Shown piece by piece: positions 7,920 to 15,514 of a stretch of DNA of 32,000 nt. A model generated the notes under the pieces. The model was given only the letters and a program-made list of their open reading frames with translations, did not search any database and was not told the origin of the DNA. Each line of letters opens with the position of its first letter. Within the stretch, counting starts at the first letter, position 1. The position numbers were made by a program, and so were the translations under genes. The stretch lies in the NCBI RefSeq assembly GCF_009557235.1, contig NZ_CP045650.1, positions 1,410,001 to 1,442,000 of the forward strand, in the 5' to 3' direction. This stretch comes from Acinetobacter wanghuae (GTDB lineage Bacteria; Pseudomonadota; Gammaproteobacteria; Pseudomonadales; Moraxellaceae).

Positions 7920-8987
7920 ATGAAGTATTTTGAATGTGCACAATGTCAGCAGCAAATCTTCTTTTTAGATTCAAGATGCCAACATTGTCATGCCCCGATT
8001 GGCTTTGTTGCCACTGAACGAGATATGGGCACCTTTCAAAAAAAGAGTGAGACCGTTTGGCAAGCACAAAATACGGCGTATAAAAATCATGACTATAAGC
8101 CTTGCTATAACTACAGCCATTATCAAGTCTGTAACTGGATGATCCCACTGTCTTCAGATGAAGATTATTGTGAATCCTGCCAACTCACTACCGTCATTCC
8201 AAACCTTGAAATGCAAGATGCCATTGTGTATTGGCGCCGTTTAGAGGAAGCCAAGCGACGTTTTTTATATTTGGCGCAGCGCATGTATATGATGCCTCAA
8301 CCCAAAAAAACACCCGATGATCGCTTTGGGCTCAGTTATGAATTTTTAATGCCCATGGATGGAAAACCAGTTTTAACCGGTCATGCCAATGGTGTTATTA
8401 CTTTAAATGCGATTGAGGCAGATGTGGTCTATCGTGAAACCACACGCGTCAATATGGGTGAAAATTATCGCACCTTATTGGGGCACTTTCGCCACGAAAG
8501 TGGGCACTACTACCTGAATATTATGCAATTTTTACAACCTGAACTGATGGATGAGTTTCGCCAATATTTTGGAGATGAACGTCAAAGTTATTCAGAAGCA
8601 TTGAAACGGCATTATGAGTATGGTGCGCCAAAAGATTGGCAAGAACGGTTTATTAGCACTTATGCCACTTCCCATCCTTGGGAGGATTGGGCAGAAACAT
8701 GGGCACATTATTTACATATTATGGAAACACTTGAAACCGCGTACTATGCTGGGTTACGTGTGGATGGAAATGGTACGACTTTAGCGAGTATGTCGTTTAA
8801 AGAATGCCCGATTGGTGGTCAAGATTTTGAACATATTTTAGAAAATTGGATTACCTTAACATTCAATTTAAATGCACTAAATAGAAGCATGGGTTTGGAA
8901 GATGCCTATCCATTTAAGCTTACAGAAACGGTAAAAGATAAACTTCGATTTATTCATCGGCATGTTTTAGATAAAGTATTTAAATAA
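7920..8987 (+). CDS. Zinc-ribbon domain plus HExxH putative zinc metallopeptidase, conserved protein of unknown function
   Basis: Start moved to the ATG at 7920 (aagga 7 nt upstream). The N-terminus has CxxC...CxxC (CAQCQQ...CQHCH) and the centre has HESGH. Function unknown. Confidence 0.8.
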   Translation: MKYFECAQCQQQIFFLDSRCQHCHAPIGFVATERDMGTFQKKSETVWQAQNTAYKNHDYKPCYNYSHYQVCNWMIPLSSDEDYCESCQLTTVIPNLEMQDAIVYWRRLEEAKRRFLYLAQRMYMMPQPKKTPDDRFGLSYEFLMPMDGKPVLTGHANGVITLNAIEADVVYRETTRVNMGENYRTLLGHFRHESGHYYLNIMQFLQPELMDEFRQYFGDERQSYSEALKRHYEYGAPKDWQERFISTYATSHPWEDWAETWAHYLHIMETLETAYYAGLRVDGNGTTLASMSFKECPIGGQDFEHILENWITLTFNLNALNRSMGLEDAYPFKLTETVKDKLRFIHRHVLDKVFK

Positions 8988-9009
8988 CAGAGTTGTATTT
9001 AACAGCAAT

Positions 9010-9043
9010 AAAAAACCAAGCCTGAAGATAGGCTTGGTTTTTT
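9010..9043. terminator. Bidirectional rho-independent terminator between convergent genes
   Basis: aaaaaaccaagcct-gaagat-aggcttggtttttt: an 8-bp GC-containing stem flanked by an A-run and a T-run. Confidence 0.8.
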
Positions 9044-9060
9044 ATTGGAATGATTATGTA

Positions 9061-10557
9061 TTAAGCGATTTTCATCGTACCCAACTCTTCAAAACGCGCA
9101 TGCCATGACAATGCTTCTCTCAGCAAATGTGGGGTTTGACCACCCTGCTGACAAGCACGATCATAATAATCATTGAGGGCATCGCGATAATCAGGATGCG
9201 CACAAATATCAATAATTTTGCGGGCACGTTCACGCGGTGCTAAACCACGTAAGTCTGCTAAACCTTGCTCTGTCACTAAAATATCGACATCGTGATCAGT
9301 ATGATCCGTGTGTCCTACCATCGGTACAACTGACGAAATTGCGCCACCTTTGGCATAAGACTTTGTCACAAAAATCGCGATATGTGCATGACGGGTAAAG
9401 TCGCCTGAACCGCCAATACCATTCATCATTTTGGTACCCGTGACATGGGTCGAATTTACATTGCCATAAATATCAAATTCTAAAGCCGTATTAATCGCTA
9501 TAATCCCTAAGCGACGAATTAATTCAGGATTATTAGATATTTCTTGCGGACGTAGCACAATCTTATCTTTGTATTGATCAAAATTACCAAGGACACGTGC
9601 CGCACATGCATCGGTCAGCGTCATTGAACAACCTGATGCAAAGGTCATTTTGCCCGAATCAATCAATTGGAAGGTACAGTCTTGCAAAACTTCTGAATAC
9701 ATCTGCAAATTACTAAAACTTGAATGCTCAAAGCCAGCAAAGACGGCATTGGCAACTGAACCGACACCCGATTGTAAAGGCCCCAAGTTTTCAGGTAAGC
9801 GCCCTAATGCAACTTCTTGCTCAAAGAAATGAATCAAGTGTTTGGCAATGGCTAAAGTGTCTTCATCTGGTTGATCCATACCAAAAGAGGTATCAGGGAT
9901 TTCATTCATCACAATTGCAGCAATTTTTTCAGGCGCAATGTGAATGCCAATGCTTCCAATACGATCACTTGATTGAATGAGTGGAATTGGACCACGATTT
10001 GGACGGGTTTTCGGTACATAAATATCATGTACGCCTTCCAATACTGGACTGATGGTGGTATCAATTTCGATAATCACCCGATCTGCCATTTCGATGAAAT
10101 TCGCAGAATTGCCACAAGACGCCGTGGGAATAATTTGTCCATCTTCAGTAATTGCAGTCGCAGCTACAATGGCAACATTGATCCCTGCCAAGTTTTTATG
10201 ACGAATATTGTCTGCCATTTCAGATAAATGCTGATCGATATACATCACTTCGCCAGCATTGATGGCTTTACGCAGAATCGGATCGGCTTGATAGGGATAA
10301 CGGCGTTCAATTGCACCTGATTCACTCAGCTTACCATCAATACGATTGCCGAGACTGGCACCTGTGGCAAGCGTAATTTTCATTGGATGGGTCTTGGCAT
10401 ATTCCGCAAGTGCTAAAGGCATTGTTTTGGCCTCACCTGCACCACCAAAACCACTCATACCCACCACATCACCATCGTGAATCAATTCAAGGGCTTTTTC
10501 TGCCGAAACCACTTTATCGTGCAGCGGGAGGAAACGAATACGATCTAAACCTGTCAT
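9061..10557 (-). CDS. Acetyl-CoA hydrolase/transferase family protein (succinate/acetate CoA-transferase-like)
   Basis: 498 aa. N-terminal GMSGFGGAGE, mid-protein SEVLQD, C-terminal NGIGGSGDF, as in the Cat1/ScpC/AarC-type family. Confidence 0.88.
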   Translation of the reverse strand: MTGLDRIRFLPLHDKVVSAEKALELIHDGDVVGMSGFGGAGEAKTMPLALAEYAKTHPMKITLATGASLGNRIDGKLSESGAIERRYPYQADPILRKAINAGEVMYIDQHLSEMADNIRHKNLAGINVAIVAATAITEDGQIIPTASCGNSANFIEMADRVIIEIDTTISPVLEGVHDIYVPKTRPNRGPIPLIQSSDRIGSIGIHIAPEKIAAIVMNEIPDTSFGMDQPDEDTLAIAKHLIHFFEQEVALGRLPENLGPLQSGVGSVANAVFAGFEHSSFSNLQMYSEVLQDCTFQLIDSGKMTFASGCSMTLTDACAARVLGNFDQYKDKIVLRPQEISNNPELIRRLGIIAINTALEFDIYGNVNSTHVTGTKMMNGIGGSGDFTRHAHIAIFVTKSYAKGGAISSVVPMVGHTDHTDHDVDILVTEQGLADLRGLAPRERARKIIDICAHPDYRDALNDYYDRACQQGGQTPHLLREALSWHARFEELGTMKIA

Positions 10558-10652
10558 AACAAAATCTCAAAAATAAACAGCTCAATGGTTGATGCTCCTA
10601 GCGCACTAAAAGCATAAAAGATGGGCTTATCTAAAAAATGTCGCTTTTGCGC

Positions 10653-11837
10653 TTAAATCAATTCAACAGCGATGGCTGTCGCTTCACCACCGCCAATACA
10701 CAGTGCTGCAATGCCTTTTTTGCCCCCTGTACGTTTTAAGGCATGAATCAAAGTCACGACAATGCGTGAACCTGATGAACCTAGCGGATGACCAAGCGCA
10801 CATGCACCACCGTTGATGTTTACTTTTTCGGGATCAAGATCAAAGGCATCCATCGCTGCCATCGTGACCATTGCGAAAGCTTCATTCACTTCCCAAAGAT
10901 CGACATCTTTTACATCCCAACCTGTTTGCTTTAATACTTTTTCAATCGCGCCCACAGGTGCAATAGTAAACTCTGATGGGTGTTGCGAGTGACTTGCATA
11001 AGCCATAACCTTGGCAAGCGGCGTTAAACCAAGCGCTAATGCAATCTCGTTTGACGTCACCACAAGTGCAGATGCACCATCAGAAATTGAGCTGGCATTT
11101 GCAGCTGTAATTGTGCCGTCTTTTTTAAATGCAGGACGTAATGTTGGGATTTTGTCTGCTTTGGCATTTAAAGGTTGTTCATCCTGCTCAACCACCACCT
11201 CACCTTGACGTGATTTGACCGTTACAGGCACAATTTCCGCTTTAAAGAAACCGTCATTTACTGCCGTAACAGCTTTGTTTAATGAAGTAATGGCATACGC
11301 ATCTTGTTGTTCACGCGTGTAGGCTTTCTTGTCTGCCATCTCTTGAGCCAAAATACCCATTGACAGACCTGTTTCTGCATCTTCCAAGCCCTCTTGGAAC
11401 ATGTGATCTGTGGCTTTGCCATGCCCCATACGTAAACCGGCACGGGCTTTTTCCATCAAATACGGCGCATTTGACATCGACTCCATGCCACCAGCCACTA
11501 CAATCTTTGCTGATCCAGCTTTGATGGCATCTGCTGCTTGCATCACCGCTTTCATCCCTGAACCACAAATTTTATTGATGGTGGTTGCGCCAGTAGAATC
11601 GGGTAAGCCTGCTTGACGCATTGCTTGGCGTGCTGGACCTTGTTTTAAACCGGCAGGTAATACACAGCCCATAATCACTTCATCAATATCATTGGGTGCT
11701 AAACCCGCACGGTCAACAGCAGCCTTAATGACAACAGCGCCTAAATCTGGGGCGGTACAACTTGAAAGTGCACCTTGAAAACCACCCATTGCGGTACGTA
11801 ATGCATCTACAATGACAATCATTTGAATTTCATCCAT
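10653..11837 (-). CDS. Acetyl-CoA C-acyltransferase (thiolase)
   Basis: Thiolase motifs NKICGSGMKAV (active Cys), NGGACALGHPLGSSG and CIGGGEATA. The start is ambiguous: ATG 11837 (MDEIQMIVIVD, chosen for typical thiolase N-terminal length), ATG 11822, or TTG 11882, which has an aagga RBS. Confidence 0.9.
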   Translation of the reverse strand: MDEIQMIVIVDALRTAMGGFQGALSSCTAPDLGAVVIKAAVDRAGLAPNDIDEVIMGCVLPAGLKQGPARQAMRQAGLPDSTGATTINKICGSGMKAVMQAADAIKAGSAKIVVAGGMESMSNAPYLMEKARAGLRMGHGKATDHMFQEGLEDAETGLSMGILAQEMADKKAYTREQQDAYAITSLNKAVTAVNDGFFKAEIVPVTVKSRQGEVVVEQDEQPLNAKADKIPTLRPAFKKDGTITAANASSISDGASALVVTSNEIALALGLTPLAKVMAYASHSQHPSEFTIAPVGAIEKVLKQTGWDVKDVDLWEVNEAFAMVTMAAMDAFDLDPEKVNINGGACALGHPLGSSGSRIVVTLIHALKRTGGKKGIAALCIGGGEATAIAVELI

Positions 11838-11906
11838 TTCTATTATTTGTTTTATAACATTGGAAAGTACATGACCTTCCAATGTGTTCCTTGTATGGGG
11901 CTCTTT

Positions 11907-13688
11907 TTAAGCTTGAGCTGTGAAATATGCTTCAGGAAGTTGCATGACTAAATCTGCACCGGCTTGAATACGCTGAATACGTGCCGTTAAGTCAGGCAGA
12001 ACTTTGGCAACATAGTAGTCGGCAAGAACCAACTTATTTTGGAAGTAGCTATCTGTTTTCGCTGCTGCAGCTTGGCTGATGCGTGCATACATATAGACAA
12101 AGCTGAGCAAGCCCACTGCATGTAAATAATCGACCGCAATAGAGTTGGCAAAGTCAGGATTGAGTTTGGCTTGTTCCACGATGTAAGTGGTTAAATCTTC
12201 AAGCTGTTGGCACACATTCAACGTTGCTGCTTTAAGGCTTAAAGTATCGTCCATGCTTTGGGCAAATTCACGGATATCTGCAATGTATTCTGCAATATAA
12301 GCGCCTTGGCATTTTGTGGTTTTACGACCAATTAAATCGATGGCTTGAACGCCATTGGTGCCTTCATAAATTTGTGAGATACGTAAGTCACGAATACATT
12401 GTTCCATGCCCCATTCACGAATATAGCCATGCCCACCAAAGCACATTTGTGCTTCAAGAGCAGCATCTAAAGCTTTATCTGTTAAATATGCTTTAGCAAT
12501 CGGTGTCAGTAATGCCACGCGGTCGGTTGCTTTACGTACTGCTTCAGGGTTGGTTGAATATTTGGTGATATCCAATTGTTGACCGACATAAACTGCAAAT
12601 GCACGAGAAGCTTCATTATTGGCACGAATGTTTAATAACATACGGCGCACATCGCCATGCACTAAAATACTATCTGCGGGTTTTGACGGTGTTTTTGCAC
12701 CTGTTGAGGCACGACCTTGTAGGCGGTCAGTGGCATATTGCGCCGCATTTTGATAAGCAAATTCAGCCGCACCAATCCCCTGAATCCCCATCGATAAACG
12801 TTCATAGTTCATCATGACAAACATGCCAGCAAGTCCTTCATTTTCCTTGCCGACCATAAAGCCTTTGGCACCATCAAAATTCATCACACATGTAGATGAG
12901 CCTTTAATACCCATTTTATGTTCGATTGAACCTGCGCTCACGGCATTACGCTCACCCAATGAACCATCTGAATTCACATTAAATTTTGGCACAATAAACA
13001 AAGAAATACCGCGTGAACCTGCGGGTGCATCAGGTGTTTTTGCTAAGACTAAATGCACAATGTTTTCAGATAAATCATGTTCACCACTAGTGATAAAAAT
13101 TTTAGTGCCTGTCACATTGTAGCTACCATCCGCATTGGGTTCAGCTTTGGTTTTAATCAAACCTAAATCTGTACCTGAATGTGGCTCAGTTAAACACATC
13201 GTGCCTGACCATTCACCGGTATAGAATTTTGGTAAATAGGTTTCTTTTTGCGCTTGTGAAGCTCGGTCGTTAATTGCCATACCTGCACCCACAGTCAAAA
13301 GTGGATATAGCATGAATGATGGGTTAGTACTCCAAATCATTTCATCGGCAAGCACAGTGAGCATTTTCGGCATGTTCTGACCGCCCCATTCCTCACTTGC
13401 ACCTAAACCAACCCAACCGCCTTCGGCGAATTGCTTAAAGGCTGCTTTAAAACCAGTAGGTGTAGTCACTTCACCATTTTTAAACTGAGCACCACCTTCT
13501 TCATCTGCTGGACGGTTTAAATCTAAAATGACGTTCTTTGAGAATTTTGCCATCTCTTCTAAAATAGCATTCGCCGTTGCCATATCTAAATGTGCAAGAT
13601 TTTCATTCCCTTGCCAAAATTGTTCAGCTTTAAACACATCATTTAAAATGAAATCCATGTCTTTTAGAGGAGCATTATAAACCGGCAT
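11907..13688 (-). CDS. Long-form acyl-CoA dehydrogenase (about 590 aa, with extra C-terminal helical domain)
   Basis: 593 aa with acyl-CoA dehydrogenase-like N-terminal, middle and C-terminal regions (TEPHSGTDL, IYEGTNGVQAIDL). RBS aggaa upstream of the ATG at 13688. Confidence 0.9.
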   Translation of the reverse strand: MPVYNAPLKDMDFILNDVFKAEQFWQGNENLAHLDMATANAILEEMAKFSKNVILDLNRPADEEGGAQFKNGEVTTPTGFKAAFKQFAEGGWVGLGASEEWGGQNMPKMLTVLADEMIWSTNPSFMLYPLLTVGAGMAINDRASQAQKETYLPKFYTGEWSGTMCLTEPHSGTDLGLIKTKAEPNADGSYNVTGTKIFITSGEHDLSENIVHLVLAKTPDAPAGSRGISLFIVPKFNVNSDGSLGERNAVSAGSIEHKMGIKGSSTCVMNFDGAKGFMVGKENEGLAGMFVMMNYERLSMGIQGIGAAEFAYQNAAQYATDRLQGRASTGAKTPSKPADSILVHGDVRRMLLNIRANNEASRAFAVYVGQQLDITKYSTNPEAVRKATDRVALLTPIAKAYLTDKALDAALEAQMCFGGHGYIREWGMEQCIRDLRISQIYEGTNGVQAIDLIGRKTTKCQGAYIAEYIADIREFAQSMDDTLSLKAATLNVCQQLEDLTTYIVEQAKLNPDFANSIAVDYLHAVGLLSFVYMYARISQAAAAKTDSYFQNKLVLADYYVAKVLPDLTARIQRIQAGADLVMQLPEAYFTAQA

Positions 13689-14252
13689 TTTTTAATTCCT
13701 ATTGAAGGTTGTGACTCACGCATGACCATGCTTTTTTGACATAATCAAAGCATTTATTTTGAACAATATTTATCCATAAACATTCAAGCTATATATTGTT
13801 TTACTCGGTGTAATCTATTTTAAAGCTCATTTTAAAATATATACCCTTAGTATCTACTAATTCTGCTGAAAAACGATATATCCCTGTGATTTCTTGTAAT
13901 TAAGTCCACTTTAAATCAAAGAAATAATTTTCAATATAATGATTAATTTTCAATCGAAATATTAAAAAATATAACACTGAAAATTCAACTCATTCAGAAA
14001 AGCAGATACTTTAAAATGCCATGACAATAGAATATTTAAACTAAAAAAGGAATGTTATTTAAGAAAATTGACCTCTAGGGTTCAACTTTCTTGACAAGTA
14101 TTTATTTAAAACAGTATTTAGCTTTTAACATCACTCAAATGATGATTTAAAGTACAACACTAAGTGATTTTCACGACCTTAGTTTTATATGCATGATCTA
14201 AAATATTCGATAAGCTCAACTTGTTCACTTTCTCAACGTTTGGAACAATACA

Positions 14253-14873
14253 ATGACCACGGTAAGGCAACAAAACTTTATTCAGCGTAAAGAAAAGATT
14301 CTCTCCATGGCTGAAAGCTTATTGCTTGACAATAATCAAGATATTACTTTGAGTGAGTTAGCAAATGAATTAGATATTGCAAAAGGAACGATTTATAAAC
14401 ATTTTAAGAGTAAAAACCAATTATATTTAGAGCTGATTATTCTTAATGAAAAAAGAATTTTAGAAATATCCAAAAAATATCATCACGATATTAAAAATTA
14501 TGTATCGCAATATATGCTTTATCATATGCTTAATTCTAATCGAACGATTTTATTGCATAGTATTGAAGAAAGATTAACCAACAATGAAAGAAATCTGAAA
14601 GAGTTATTCCAAGAATTATATCAAGTGCGCGAAGAACGCATTATGCGTATTAAAGACATGACCAGTGAATATTTGGTTTCTTTAGAAAGTGCCATGTCTA
14701 TTCGAGATTATCTCTCTTATATTTGGACCGTCACCCATGGTGCAGCTTTATTGCTCAATTCAACTCATTATCAAAAATCAATAGGTTCTCGAGAACGATT
14801 AATTAAGCTCTATATTAATCAAGCCCTCATGACGCCAGAGAAAATCACCCCAGAAAATAAAAGCCTCATATGA
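14253..14873 (+). CDS. TetR/AcrR-family transcriptional regulator
   Basis: 206 aa. N-terminal HTH LSELANELDIAKGTIYKHFKSKNQLY. AT-rich gene, divergent from the acyl-CoA dehydrogenase operon. Confidence 0.88.
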   Translation: MTTVRQQNFIQRKEKILSMAESLLLDNNQDITLSELANELDIAKGTIYKHFKSKNQLYLELIILNEKRILEISKKYHHDIKNYVSQYMLYHMLNSNRTILLHSIEERLTNNERNLKELFQELYQVREERIMRIKDMTSEYLVSLESAMSIRDYLSYIWTVTHGAALLLNSTHYQKSIGSRERLIKLYINQALMTPEKITPENKSLI

Positions 14874-14880
14874 GGCTTTT
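14859..14880. terminator. Bidirectional terminator (perfect palindrome) between tetR-like gene and copZ
   Basis: aaaagcctca-ta-tgaggctttt, a perfect 10-bp inverted repeat overlapping the TetR stop codon, with A/T runs on both sides. Confidence 0.75.
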
Positions 14881-14886
14881 ATCAAA

Positions 14887-15081
14887 TCACGCAGTCACTG
14901 GTGGGAAACCGTCTTCCGTTAATGCTGCAATCACGTCATCTTGACTGATCTGGGTTTCAACGTCGACTAATTTAGTCGCGACATCAATTGTCACCACTGC
15001 GTTTTGGTCTAATTCCTTAATGGTTGCAGTTACACTTCGCGCACAACCACCACATGTCATATTATCAATACGTAATTTCAC
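14887..15081 (-). CDS. copZ: Copper chaperone CopZ (single HMA domain)
   Basis: 64 aa with MTCGGC metal-binding motif. GTG start at 15081 with ggag 7 nt upstream. Confidence 0.9.
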   Translation of the reverse strand: MKLRIDNMTCGGCARSVTATIKELDQNAVVTIDVATKLVDVETQISQDDVIAALTEDGFPPVTA

Positions 15082-15118
15082 TTCTAAGCTCCAAGTCTAT
15101 GTTTAAAATTGAATACGA

Positions 15119-15514
15119 TCATTCATTGCCCTGTTCAATGTGATTGAGAATATGACATTCCGCTTGCTCATTTCCGGCACATTGATCAACTGATTGCTGA
15201 AGAATTTCGACCATTCTTTGCATTTCTGCAATTTTTGCTTGTAACCATTCAATATGGCTTTCGGCTAATTTTTTGACATCACTACTTTGACGATTTTTAT
15301 TTTGCCATAGCGTCAACAAATCTTTCATTTGTTCGGAAGAAAAACCCAATAGACGGGCTTGCTGAATAATACCTAACCGTTGTAGATCTTGATCATGATA
15401 GATGCGATAACCAGCATTCGTGCGCTCGGGTTCAGGCAGTAATCCAATCTGTTCATAATAACGAATCATTTTGGCAGATAAACCTGACTGTTTTGCCGCC
15501 TGACCAATATTCAT
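15119..15514 (-). CDS. cueR: MerR-family Cu(I)-responsive regulator CueR
   Basis: 131 aa. N-terminal HTH MNIGQAAKQSGLSAKMIRYYEQIGLL and C-terminal C-x7-C (CAGNEQAEC), as in CueR. Its ATG overlaps the copA stop (ATGA). Confidence 0.92.
   Translation of the reverse strand: MNIGQAAKQSGLSAKMIRYYEQIGLLPEPERTNAGYRIYHDQDLQRLGIIQQARLLGFSSEQMKDLLTLWQNKNRQSSDVKKLAESHIEWLQAKIAEMQRMVEILQQSVDQCAGNEQAECHILNHIEQGNE

Noticed and set aside
10653-13122. Small ORFs inside the thiolase and acyl-CoA dehydrogenase genes (11011-11208, 11311-11568, 11410-11616, 12314-12496, 12599-12817, 12814-13122)
   Set aside because: They are off-frame or antisense within well-supported genes. Their Ala/Pro/Ser- or Cys/His-rich compositions are typical of wrong-frame translation.
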